A DNA stretch of 64,000 nt from a bacterium (GCA_021796115.1 JAJYOP010000003.1:7155-71154); one strand, 5' to 3'; counted from the stretch's first letter, positions 38,100 through 48,399 are shown. A program made the numbers and translations. Notes: a model not told the origin generated them from the sequence alone.

Positions 38100-38858
38100 A
38101 TGCATCCCATACTTTGCAAAATTGGGCCGCTAACTATCTATACTTACGGTTTCTTTGTTTTTACGGGCGTTTTATCCGGATATTTAGTTTGCCTTAAAAT
38201 CGCAAGGCGGGAGAATATCGATAAAACGATATTTTCCGATATCATTTTCTGGACATTAGTTTTTTCCTTTTTAGGCGCCAGGATTTTTTATATTTTCGTT
38301 GATTTCAATAATTTTTTAGCCGACCCCATTGGAGTTTTAGTCAGCAGGAGCGGATTTGTTTTCTATGGAGGGGTTATTTTTGGTTTATTGGCCAGCTATT
38401 TTCTTACTCGGCTTCATAAAATAAATTTTTTAAAATTTTGCGATATAATTGCAGTAGGAATACCGCTGGCGCATGCTTTCGGAAGAATCGGGTGTTTTTC
38501 TTACGGCTGTTGCTACGGCCGCCCTACACATTCCTGGATAGGGGTATTATTTCCGCCGGATTCTCCCGCAGGCGCCTTGGGGGTAAAGGTAATTCCGACT
38601 CAATTAATTGAGTCAATGTTTCTCTTTGCTCTCTTTTTTATTTTGTGGGCGCTTAACCGGCATAGAAAATTCAGAGGAGAGATTATCTCAAGCTATCTGA
38701 TTTTTTATGGAATTTTCCGATTCATCATAGAATTTTTTAGAGCTGACCTGCGGGGAAGCGTTTTTTTCTTATCTCTCTCGCAATTTATCGCAATTATTCT
38801 TGTAGGAACAGGAGTATTTTTATGGATAAGGCAGGTAAAAACGATAGTTCGAAAATAA
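38100..38858 (+). CDS. lgt: prolipoprotein diacylglyceryl transferase
   Basis: 252 aa. YGFFVFTGV, GARIFY, FGRIGCF, PTQLIES. Confidence 0.92.
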   Translation: MHPILCKIGPLTIYTYGFFVFTGVLSGYLVCLKIARRENIDKTIFSDIIFWTLVFSFLGARIFYIFVDFNNFLADPIGVLVSRSGFVFYGGVIFGLLASYFLTRLHKINFLKFCDIIAVGIPLAHAFGRIGCFSYGCCYGRPTHSWIGVLFPPDSPAGALGVKVIPTQLIESMFLFALFFILWALNRHRKFRGEIISSYLIFYGIFRFIIEFFRADLRGSVFFLSLSQFIAIILVGTGVFLWIRQVKTIVRK

Positions 38859-38904
38859 TTTGCCAACGGCCTTGAAAATTATATAATTTAAAAACCAGCA
38901 TATT

Positions 38905-40509
38905 ATGCTAAAAATAGTACTCGCCCAGTTTAATTCTTGTGTCGGTGATATCACTTCGAATTCCCGGAAGATAATCGCAAATATTAAATCTGCCAAAGCT
39001 AAAGGCGCAGACATAATTATCTTTCCGGAGCTTGCGCTTGTGGGTTATCCGCCGGAGGATCTGCTGCTTAAGGACCATTTTGTGGATGAGAACATACGTT
39101 ATCTTAAAATTATACAGGAAGCATGTACGAATATCATCGTTATTCTTGGTTTTGTTGAGAAAGACGATGGCAGAATTTATAATGCCTGCGCCTTTATCCA
39201 GGATGGAAAAGTAAAAGATGTCTATCGTAAAATTTATCTTCCGAATTACGGCGTATTTGACGAAAAAAGATACTTTTCCCCGGGCAATTTCGTTTCTTTT
39301 TACAAATTCAAAGGCTACAAATTTTGTACGAGCATCTGTGAAGATATATGGCAAGAGAATTTCGTCAAAGGTTTAAGAGGAAAAAGCCTTGATTTTGTCA
39401 TCAATATTTCGTCATCTCCTTTTCATCTTGGGAAAATGTCGCTGCGTGAGAAAGCGATTTCGCGTTTGGCTGTAAATGCCGGAGCTTTCGTTTTTTATTG
39501 CGATTTAGTCGGAGGGCAGGATGAGCTGGTCTTTGATGGCGCAAGCATGGTGGCAGATAAAGAAGGCAATATTATCGCCTGTGCGAAACGTTTCGAGGAG
39601 GATTTTCTTTTTTTTAAACTCGACAGGAAACTGAATTATCCGATTAATAAAGTTTCAGCCAGCGAAGACGAGGAAGCATTTCATGCCTTAAAGCTTGGGC
39701 TTTATGATTATGTAAAAAAGAATGGCTTTCGAAAAGTTATAGTTGGCGTAAGCGGCGGCATAGATTCAGCCGTAGTTGTTGCTTTAGCGGTTATGTCATT
39801 AGGGAAGGAAAACGTTTCCGCACTTATAATGCCTTCGCGTTATACTTCGAAGGAGACCCTTCTTGATGCGAAAAATATATGCAAAAATTTAGGAGTAGAT
39901 TATAATATCATAAATATCGACGGTATATTAGATACCTATGTTCAAACGATTAACCAATTTTTTAAAAAAGTATCCGGCACCAAAACCGAAGAGAACCTGC
40001 AGGCAAGGATTCGTGGCAATCTTTTAATGGCCTTTTCAAATCGCTTCGGCCACCTTGTGCTAAATACCGGCAATAAAAGCGAGATTTCTTGCGGATATTG
40101 CACTCTTTACGGAGACATGGTCGGCGGTTTTGGTATTTTGAAAGATATACCAAAAATGCTTGTCTATAAATTGGCGGATTATATCAACTATAAATTAGGG
40201 AAAAAGATAATCCCGCTTTCTGTAATCAAGCGGCCGCCTTCAGCAGAGCTGAAGCCAAACCAGAAAGATACCGATAGTTTACCGCCTTATCCGGAACTGG
40301 ACCCGATTATAAAACTTTATGTCGAGGAAGATTATTCCCTTGAGGGAATTGTAAAGGAGGGATTTGAGAAAAAATTAGTCCAAAAAGTCACGGGGATGAT
40401 TGATTCAAACGAGTATAAGCGCCGGCAGGCGCCTATCGGGATAAAAGTTACGCCGCGGGCATTTGGCAAAGACAGGCGTATGCCGATTACCAATAAATTT
40501 AATTATTAA
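38905..40509 (+). CDS. nadE: glutamine-dependent NAD+ synthetase
   Basis: 534 aa. N-terminal CN-hydrolase (FPELALVGYPPEDL, CEDIW) plus a synthetase domain (GVSGGIDSAV). Confidence 0.92.
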   Translation: MLKIVLAQFNSCVGDITSNSRKIIANIKSAKAKGADIIIFPELALVGYPPEDLLLKDHFVDENIRYLKIIQEACTNIIVILGFVEKDDGRIYNACAFIQDGKVKDVYRKIYLPNYGVFDEKRYFSPGNFVSFYKFKGYKFCTSICEDIWQENFVKGLRGKSLDFVINISSSPFHLGKMSLREKAISRLAVNAGAFVFYCDLVGGQDELVFDGASMVADKEGNIIACAKRFEEDFLFFKLDRKLNYPINKVSASEDEEAFHALKLGLYDYVKKNGFRKVIVGVSGGIDSAVVVALAVMSLGKENVSALIMPSRYTSKETLLDAKNICKNLGVDYNIINIDGILDTYVQTINQFFKKVSGTKTEENLQARIRGNLLMAFSNRFGHLVLNTGNKSEISCGYCTLYGDMVGGFGILKDIPKMLVYKLADYINYKLGKKIIPLSVIKRPPSAELKPNQKDTDSLPPYPELDPIIKLYVEEDYSLEGIVKEGFEKKLVQKVTGMIDSNEYKRRQAPIGIKVTPRAFGKDRRMPITNKFNY

Positions 40510-40517
40510 CGGAGACA

Positions 40518-40557
40518 GCAACTTTTCAAGCGACTGAAGGGAAAGCCGAAAAGTTGC
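40518..40557 (+). repeat. GCAACTTTTC hairpin, copy 1
   Basis: gcaacttttc-N20-gaaaagttgc. By my count 34 of 40 nt identical to 62311-62350. Both copies follow a stop codon and are followed by ttaacccc. Confidence 0.7.
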
Positions 40558-40567
40558 GTTGTTGAAG

Positions 40568-40689
40568 TTAACCCCCACACCAATGTTTGTATTCATAATT
40601 GGATGTGGTTTATTAGATTGTTTTGCGAAGGTATCTTTGTGGTAAATAAAAACATTGTTTCAAACATTGGTGTGGGGGTTAATTCGCAC
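40568..40689. mobile_element. MITE-like element, copy 2 (inverted relative to copy 1)
   Basis: Perfect 22-bp TIR: ttaacccccacaccaatgtttg (40568-40589) and caaacattggtgtgggggttaa (40661-40682). The shared flank ttcgcac extends to 40689. Confidence 0.65.
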
Positions 40690-40710
40690 TATTATTTTTT
40701 CGGCGCCATC

Positions 40711-40725
40711 CCTGTCCGCGGCAGG
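40711..40725 (+). repeat. CCTGTC/GGCAGG mini-hairpin
   Basis: cctgtc-cgc-ggcagg, upstream of eno. Confidence 0.55.
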
Positions 40726-40735
40726 CTAGGCTTGA

Positions 40736-42305
<1,570 letters not shown>

Positions 42306-42458
42306 GTTGGTACAATTTTGGCAAGTTAATTTTACATTTCTTGAAATAATTTTACTTCTCTGAGTCCGCTTCGGGGTGACAGCGAGCCGAGAAAACACTT
42401 CTCTGGAAAGGCTTCGAGGCGAGCATCATGTAAGGGGCGGAGCCCTTATGAATATCAC

Positions 42459-42532
42459 CGCGGGGTGGAGCAGCCAGGTAGCTCGCAAGGCTCATAACCT
42501 TGAGGTCAACGGTTCAAATCCGTTCCCCGCAA
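42459..42532 (+). tRNA. initiator tRNA-Met (CAT)
   Basis: Cloverleaf CGCGGGG..CTCATAA..TTCAAAT..CCCCGCA-A. C1:A72 mismatch and high similarity to E. coli tRNA-fMet. CCA is not encoded. Confidence 0.93.
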
Positions 42533-42543
42533 TTAGAAAACTA

Positions 42544-42577
42544 AGCCCGCAGGTACTCCTGCGGGCTATATTTTCTT
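42544..42577 (+). terminator. intrinsic terminator after tRNA-fMet
   Basis: agcccgcagg-tact-cctgcgggct (10-bp GC-rich stem) followed by atattttctt. Confidence 0.8.
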
Positions 42578-42579
42578 AG

Positions 42580-42634
42580 CCGCCGAGCGCTGTAAAATTT
42601 ATTTGAAAATTTTACAGCCTCTTCTGCGAGGCGG
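42580..42634 (+). repeat. nested-hairpin element, K-family copy 1
   Basis: ccgcc-GA-gcg [ctgtaaaattt-atttga-aaattttacag] cctcttc tgc-GA-ggcgg. Confidence 0.75.
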
Positions 42635-42698
42635 GGTATTAGCTTAGAAAATAAAGACGCAGATTGAAAAATAATTTGTGCTTCGATGTTTTCGGAGA

Positions 42699-42845
42699 TT
42701 ATTCGCAAACCGTATCACAGTTTCCGTAATAATCGCAGACCCGATTGCAGTTTTGTTGCCTTTCCGGCAGGTGGAGTTTTTTCCATAAACCAGCGCATCC
42801 AGAGAAAAGTAAGAGGATTATAACTAAAAACACTATTCGTTTCAT
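42699..42845 (-). CDS. small Cys-rich lipoprotein (hypothetical)
   Basis: 48 aa from the internal ATG (MKRIVFLVIILLLFSGC lipobox) with a GGAGAG SD. The longer 83-aa ORF start is less likely. Confidence 0.5.
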   Translation of the reverse strand: MKRIVFLVIILLLFSGCAGLWKKLHLPERQQNCNRVCDYYGNCDTVCE

Positions 42846-42968
42846 AGAATATTTATACCTCTCCAACTTCCCCGCGTCAACCATAAAGACGAAAAAAGGG
42901 TTCTCTTGAAAATAGGTTGTTTTCTTATTTTTCATTGATTTTTGAACCACATATGATTAAATAAATAT

Positions 42969-43529
42969 ATGGATAAATCTAAAAAATTCTATGAGGGATT
43001 GTGGTCAGCCATAACCAAAATCCCAGAAATATCCCTTGGAATAATATTAGGAGCAACCCTACCACTATTCCTTGGTAAAGAGATGAAAGAAACTTTTGCA
43101 CACAGAATATTTGTTTTCTTCTTATCCATAGAACGAGCCCTAATGATAATACCCAGATTGATATATCTTTTAGCATTTATTATCACACTCCTTTATACAA
43201 GTCATTTAAGAAATAAAATAAGCCTTAAAAACAAGGGAGAAATGCTTAAACGCTATACTTATATTTTTAAGGATTTACCAGATATTAAAATATTACTTAT
43301 ATATAAAAATCCTGTCATCTATAGAGAAATTGATGTTCAGAGTATTATTGAACAATCAAAAATAAAATTCATTTGTGCAAAATGTAGTAAAAAAATAATA
43401 TTCAAAAATAAAATCGGAATATGTCCTTGCAACAAAGAATTAAAATTAACTTCAGATATTATTACTCAATATTCTGAACTTGCTCGCAAAGAATTATCAG
43501 ATACTTTATTAGTTCCAATAATCAAATAA
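42969..43529 (+). CDS. hypothetical membrane protein with C-terminal CxxC...CPC motif
   Basis: 186 aa. Two or three hydrophobic helices. FICAKCSKK...GICPCNKE. Visibly more AT-rich than its neighbours. No SD. Confidence 0.5.
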   Translation: MDKSKKFYEGLWSAITKIPEISLGIILGATLPLFLGKEMKETFAHRIFVFFLSIERALMIIPRLIYLLAFIITLLYTSHLRNKISLKNKGEMLKRYTYIFKDLPDIKILLIYKNPVIYREIDVQSIIEQSKIKFICAKCSKKIIFKNKIGICPCNKELKLTSDIITQYSELARKELSDTLLVPIIK

Positions 43530-43639
43530 TGAATATCCTATACCAACCTATTTTCAAGAGAACCGAAAAAAGTATCCATAAAGTTCCTTTCGGTCATTGA
43601 CCAATTTTAACTATCCGTTATCGTATTTTAAAGAGCAAA

Positions 43640-44095
43640 ATGAAGAAAATTTTGTTTCTATTGATATTTACGTGTTGCTACGTGATAGGCCTGTCTGCCG
43701 ACGATGCTCCAACCAAAAACCGTCTTATCTTGAAGGAAAAAAGTTTTTTTGCCAAAAAAATACGGCCCAAAATTTTTGCAAAAGATAATTGCGAATTTAA
43801 AATGACCTGGCATCCAAGTATTGGCCTTAACTTCCAGTTAATTTATTCCGGCACCTTCCCTAAAGAGTTGCGGGATTATTTAAATAACCCCGATCCCGGG
43901 AAGCTTTTCTCCGCTTTTTATATAACTTTTCTTGATGAGAACGGTTTCGAGCTGATTAAAAATATGTGTTATTTGAATGATTTTGCCATTGAAGGTAAAG
44001 GCGCCGGCCAGAAAGCTGTATTTCGCGACCATTTCAAATGCGACTCCAAAATTTACGATAGAATCGATTCAATAATTATAGATTACAGCCAATAG
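43640..44095 (+). CDS. hypothetical secreted protein
   Basis: 151 aa. Signal peptide MKKILFLLIFTCCYVIGLSA. No family recognised. Confidence 0.5.
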   Translation: MKKILFLLIFTCCYVIGLSADDAPTKNRLILKEKSFFAKKIRPKIFAKDNCEFKMTWHPSIGLNFQLIYSGTFPKELRDYLNNPDPGKLFSAFYITFLDENGFELIKNMCYLNDFAIEGKGAGQKAVFRDHFKCDSKIYDRIDSIIIDYSQ

Positions 44096-44231
44096 CGCCG
44101 CTTTCCATATTTTTCTGCATACTCTCTACCTTGATTTTATCCTACCAAAAATATTATTACGTATTATAATAATATAAATAATCTCTAACCAATAGCCATG
44201 GGTTGTTTTACAAGGTAGATAATCAATATTT

Positions 44232-44969
44232 ATGACGAAGGCACGAAAAATAATTTTTATTTCTGCGATTATTTTCTTTTATGTATTCGCAACGTATCCG
44301 CAGAAAGGCGGGCAAAAAACACCTGATATCTGCATAAGCGGAATGATGTCTGACAAGAATAATTCGTTGGTCATCATCAACAATGAAATTGCAAAAGTCG
44401 GGGATACAATACATAATATGAAAATTATCAGTATTACACGGTCTACGGTTACTCTGGAGTATAATGGCAAAACATTTGAAAAAAGAATTGGTGAAGGATG
44501 CATTAATACGCCAGCGCCCCTTCATAAAAATCAAATCACGAAGCCTAAGCAAAATCGAAAATCATTTTCTTTGTTTTTTCCCAAATCAAAAACAATAACC
44601 AACACGCATGGTTTTAAGAGAGTGCTTTTTCTCTATGGCACCATTTTTATACTTATTCTATGGGCTCTCATTTTACTAAGTTATGCATACACAGCCCTGT
44701 GCCTGCAGAAAGTTGCCAAAAAGACTATTACTAAGCATGACTGGTTGGCCTGGATTCCTGTAGCGAATTTATTTCTCTTGGCTATGATGGCGCGAAGGCC
44801 TGTTTGGTGGTCCATACTTTTCTTCATCCCTTTAGTAAATTTTATTTTTATAATTATCCTTTGGATGAGAATTTCAGGGCTGCTTAATAAGCCTTCCTGG
44901 CTTGGGTTGCTGATGATGATCCCTTTTGTGAATTTAGTGATTTTGGGTTACCTTGCGTTTTCGGAATAG
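44232..44969 (+). CDS. membrane protein: T2SSB/GspB-like N-domain fused to a DUF5684-like TM domain
   Basis: 245 aa. SLVIINNEIAKVGDTIHNMKIISITRSTVTLEYNGKTF resembles the GspB-type domain. The C-terminus WLAWIPVANLFLL...IPFVNLVILGYLAF resembles DUF5684. Both assigned from memory. Confidence 0.55.
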   Translation: MTKARKIIFISAIIFFYVFATYPQKGGQKTPDICISGMMSDKNNSLVIINNEIAKVGDTIHNMKIISITRSTVTLEYNGKTFEKRIGEGCINTPAPLHKNQITKPKQNRKSFSLFFPKSKTITNTHGFKRVLFLYGTIFILILWALILLSYAYTALCLQKVAKKTITKHDWLAWIPVANLFLLAMMARRPVWWSILFFIPLVNFIFIIILWMRISGLLNKPSWLGLLMMIPFVNLVILGYLAFSE

Positions 44970-44998
44970 GGGATTTCTTTGCGTGCAAAATAAGGGGG

Positions 44999-45017
44999 CC
45001 TGTCTTTTTTAGGCAGG
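44999..45017 (+). repeat. CCTGTC/GGCAGG mini-hairpin abutting an SD
   Basis: cctgtc-tttttta-ggcagg, then cagggaggtggatATG. Confidence 0.6.
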
Positions 45018-45030
45018 CAGGGAGGTGGAT

Positions 45031-45561
45031 ATGAAAGGTTTGGGGATGACGCATTTCTTAATAGCTATTTTGTTTGTTATCGCCATTGCCAGCGCAGCTG
45101 TTAATTATAAGTTGTATAATGATTGTATTGGAAAGATAAGTCTTTCGACAAAGCAAGCAAGAAGCATTGACGATAAAGTTGCTAAATTCGAAATGACATT
45201 GGATGGTTTGAAGCTTAACATAGAAAGCCTTAAGGCCGACTTGCAGTCAGTTTCGGAAAAATCAGTTAAACCGGAAGAATTAAGGAATGAATTTTCCGCG
45301 CAAATAGACACAATAAAAAAAGATTTGCAAAGTTTAGAGGAAAATTCTACTGCAGCGATAAATGATCTTAACGCAAAAGTATCTGCGCTTAAGGAAGAAA
45401 GCGAAGCAAATAAAAATGCTGTTGCGAAGCTGGTTGCGCCTGCTAAAGTAGAGGAGAATAAGGCAGATCAAGGCAAGACAGATGGGAGTAAAGCAGACCA
45501 GAGTAAAGCCGGCGACAAGAAAGTAGATCTCGGGGAAATCTCTGTACGGACACCTAATTAA
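45031..45561 (+). CDS. membrane-anchored coiled-coil protein (hypothetical)
   Basis: 176 aa from ATG 45031 (SD GGAGG). One TM helix, a long heptad-like region, and a K/D/Q-rich tail. Confidence 0.55.
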   Translation: MKGLGMTHFLIAILFVIAIASAAVNYKLYNDCIGKISLSTKQARSIDDKVAKFEMTLDGLKLNIESLKADLQSVSEKSVKPEELRNEFSAQIDTIKKDLQSLEENSTAAINDLNAKVSALKEESEANKNAVAKLVAPAKVEENKADQGKTDGSKADQSKAGDKKVDLGEISVRTPN

Positions 45562-45658
45562 TTTTTTTGCAGAAATTCCCATGGTTTTAGAGCCTTCCTT
45601 GTAAAGGTATCAGGAAGGGCCATCTCTTCGATCTATATTTTATTTTTTCGTTTAGATA

Positions 45659-46552
45659 ATGGAAAATCTTATAATTAACTTATCGGGGGCCTATATTTTA
45701 GCGGTAGGGGGATTTATCCTTTTTGCCATGTTCTTTAGTTTTCTTACCTCTAACCAGCTAATGTCGCTTCTTCATAAAAACTTTCACTTTTGCCTGGCGA
45801 CTTTCGTTTATCTGTTGCTTCTTGTTATCTGGCCTATCCTTACCGGATTAGGGCTGATTTTCCGGAAAAACTGGTCAAGGTACTCATTGTTTGTTATGTC
45901 GGTATTTACTATCTTTATCGGAATATCCTCAAGCGTCTCGCTTATTTTTTTCCCTCAATATGTCTACAACCTGCAGGTAAAACCAGGCGGCTATATCACT
46001 GAAACGCTGTTTTCAATTATCAATACAATCTTTTTTATAGGGGCACCTATTTCCTTTATAATTTTATTTAATAAAAGGGCGATCAAAACACTCTTTGGCG
46101 CGAGAAGGCGAACGGTTGCCGGCGAGGGCAGGCCTTTGGGGATTACTTTGATTGCTATAGGGACGTTTCTGACTGCCATATTCTCTGCCATTTTCATTTT
46201 TGCGCCAAGCACCCCGCCTATCATAGGCGATATCGTATTTTCCGGCATCTGGGAAAAGATATATTTTGCGGTAATTTCCTTGGCGAATCTTTATATCGCG
46301 ATAGGTTTTTTAAAAATGAAAAAAAATGCCTGGCTTATATATATTATTTTTTACATTGTAAGTATTATTATTGGTACGGTTAATAGTTTTGCGGCGACTA
46401 AAATGACATTTTTTGAAATAGCGCCAAGCATACAGAGTAGCTATAAAGATATACCTACCACATTGGATAAGCTTTTTGGTACAATGGGTTTCATACTTCC
46501 CATGTCGGTTTTGATTTACGTGATTGCCAAGCGGCGGCTTTTTGTTAGATAA
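45659..46552 (+). CDS. hypothetical polytopic membrane protein
   Basis: 297 aa with about 8 hydrophobic helices. No family recognised. Confidence 0.55.
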   Translation: MENLIINLSGAYILAVGGFILFAMFFSFLTSNQLMSLLHKNFHFCLATFVYLLLLVIWPILTGLGLIFRKNWSRYSLFVMSVFTIFIGISSSVSLIFFPQYVYNLQVKPGGYITETLFSIINTIFFIGAPISFIILFNKRAIKTLFGARRRTVAGEGRPLGITLIAIGTFLTAIFSAIFIFAPSTPPIIGDIVFSGIWEKIYFAVISLANLYIAIGFLKMKKNAWLIYIIFYIVSIIIGTVNSFAATKMTFFEIAPSIQSSYKDIPTTLDKLFGTMGFILPMSVLIYVIAKRRLFVR

Positions 46553-46569
46553 CAAAAATTCAGATAAAA

Positions 46570-47346
46570 ATGGATAAAGCGACAAAAATACTCGAAGAAG
46601 AAGCATACGCTTTTCTCTACCAGGAAAGGTTTGACGAAGCCTTTAACCTTTTCAAGAAGGCTGCGGATATCCATCAGGAAAAAGGCAGCCACAAAGAGGC
46701 TGCGCTTTGTTTTGCCGCAGCCGGCAGCAGCTGGAGCGTAAAATGCGGAGAAAAAACATTTTATAATGCAGCTCGTTGCTATGAGCAAGCTTCGCGGGAG
46801 GCAGAGAGGGCTGGCGATTATGAGTACGCATCGCTGCTGTATAAATACGCAGCTATTAACTATGAAAAAGATATGGAATTTTTTAATTTTTCCGAATGTT
46901 TTTACCGCTCAAAAGAATGCCGCAGAAAATTTTTAACATACCACCTCCTTAACCCTAAAAAAATAAAGCCTATAGCTAAAAGCGAAGAAGAAAAGGGGTT
47001 TGGCGCATTTTTGAAACGTATTATTCAATGGTTTGGCCTGACATTTTCATATTTAGTATGGGGGCATGGAGAAAGGCCCCTCCGAACTCTTATCGCAGGG
47101 ATTGCTGTGATTCTTTTCTCGGCATTTTTTTATACGCACGGTTATCTTTCCGAAGGCGGTGTTCCGTGTCGGCCGGACTTTTCAAACGCCATTTATTTTA
47201 GCGTAATAACATTTTCAACGGTAGGCTACGGAGATATTATTCCTTTGGGGCCTGCAAAAGCCATTGTTATGTTCGAAGCGCTTTGCGGGTTATTTACGAT
47301 GTCGTTATTTATCGTAGGGCTTTCGCGCAAGTATTTGCGAATTTAA
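46570..47346 (+). CDS. two-TM potassium-channel-like protein with N-terminal helical-repeat domain
   Basis: 258 aa. Selectivity filter FSTVGYGDI between two TM helices. About 150 aa of soluble TPR-like N-terminus. Confidence 0.75.
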   Translation: MDKATKILEEEAYAFLYQERFDEAFNLFKKAADIHQEKGSHKEAALCFAAAGSSWSVKCGEKTFYNAARCYEQASREAERAGDYEYASLLYKYAAINYEKDMEFFNFSECFYRSKECRRKFLTYHLLNPKKIKPIAKSEEEKGFGAFLKRIIQWFGLTFSYLVWGHGERPLRTLIAGIAVILFSAFFYTHGYLSEGGVPCRPDFSNAIYFSVITFSTVGYGDIIPLGPAKAIVMFEALCGLFTMSLFIVGLSRKYLRI

Positions 47347-47367
47347 GAAAAATACGGATACCGCCTT

Positions 47368-47387
47368 ATTACTGCCCAGTAATTTTT
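47368..47387 (+). terminator. weak candidate terminator
   Basis: attact-gccc-agtaat followed by tttt. Confidence 0.35.
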
Positions 47388-47389
47388 AG

Positions 47390-47417
47390 TTGACATATTT
47401 TTATCAAAATGTATAAT
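47390..47417 (+). promoter_or_regulatory. near-consensus sigma70-type promoter
   Basis: TTGACA (47390-47395), a 16-nt spacer, TATAAT (47412-47417). Confidence 0.6.
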
Positions 47418-47488
47418 TTTTTCGTTTTTTAGGTAATAGTTTAACGGCTCCGTGGCGATGGTGTGGCTTAGGTAAGTTGGGAGGCTAT

Positions 47489-47680
47489 ATGACAGAAAAG
47501 GTTTTTAAAATTATTTGTAATGCTAATGAGTATCTTACAGCCGATACTATCGCACTAGCGCTGCTTAAACAGGTTAGCATGGAGTCAAACAAGAGGAAAG
47601 TTTTTTTTGCCGTTAAGGAAATCAAAAAAGACAGCAATAATTCAAAGGGGCAAGGTCAGGCTTGCTTCATCGAAGATTAA
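47489..47680 (+). CDS. small hypothetical protein
   Basis: 63 aa from ATG 47489 after a GGGAGG SD, about 70 nt downstream of the consensus promoter. Confidence 0.45.
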   Translation: MTEKVFKIICNANEYLTADTIALALLKQVSMESNKRKVFFAVKEIKKDSNNSKGQGQACFIED

Positions 47681-47745
47681 CCCTATCTTACCACTCTAAA
47701 TAACATTCCAGTTGTAAAGTAACAAAAAAGTAGTATCATATAAGA

Positions 47746-47922
47746 ATGAGAATTAGAAAAGTTTTGTTTTTATTAATCCTTGTTTGTACATGTTTTTTCC
47801 AAAGCGGATGCGAGTTGCTGACACTGCCTTTGCAATTGGCCGGTGCCGCTGTAGGAATTGCCGGGCAAGCTTTAAATGCAGCCAGTAGTTTACCTACCCC
47901 GCCGCCATGGGTATTTTTTTAA
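47746..47922 (+). CDS. possible small lipoprotein (not in the ORF track, under 60 aa)
   Basis: 58 aa. MRIRKVLFLLILVCTCFFQSGC lipobox-like start and a PPPWVFF tail. No clear SD. Confidence 0.35.
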   Translation: MRIRKVLFLLILVCTCFFQSGCELLTLPLQLAGAAVGIAGQALNAASSLPTPPPWVFF

Positions 47923-48021
47923 TGAGACTTGTCATTTTCAGAATTCCTGTCTAAAAAGTAACCTGGTCAAATTACTACCGAGGAAACAGAATGGACGAGT
48001 GGGGTAATGAGAGGTAGAAAT

Positions 48022-48399
48022 ATGGACGGAACCAGGAAGAAAATATTAGTCGTTGATGATGAATCTGCTACATTAATCTATCTTTGCCGTATACTTGAAC
48101 GCGAAAATTATCAAGTAATTTCGACAACAAAAGGGCGCGAAGCTGTCGAACTTGCCGCAACACAAAAACCGGATCTCATGATATTGGATATCATTATGCC
48201 GGATATAGATGGCGGAGAAGTAGCTTCTCTTATCTCAAGCAATCCTAACACCGCACGCGTTCCAATAGTATTTCTTACCGGTATTTTGACTAAAGACGAA
48301 GAGCCTTTTGCCGGCACCACCGGCAGGCGGCATATCCTGGCTAAGCCTGTTACCAGGGAAAAATTGTTAGAAATGATAAATAAAGTTCTTTCCGAGTAA
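48022..48399 (+). CDS. single-domain response regulator (paralogue of 197-565)
   Basis: 125 aa from ATG 48022 (alternative start 48007). KILVVDDE, ILDIIMPDIDGGEV, IVFLTG, LAKPV. Confidence 0.82.
   Translation: MDGTRKKILVVDDESATLIYLCRILERENYQVISTTKGREAVELAATQKPDLMILDIIMPDIDGGEVASLISSNPNTARVPIVFLTGILTKDEEPFAGTTGRRHILAKPVTREKLLEMINKVLSE

Noticed and set aside
42376-42579. 67-aa ORF overlapping tRNA-fMet
   Set aside because: It spans the tRNA and its terminator, so it is an artefact. The 150 nt upstream of the tRNA (42306-42458) contains cgag/gcgagc words and a small hairpin (aagggg-cgga-gccctt), but I could not support a distinct RNA gene.
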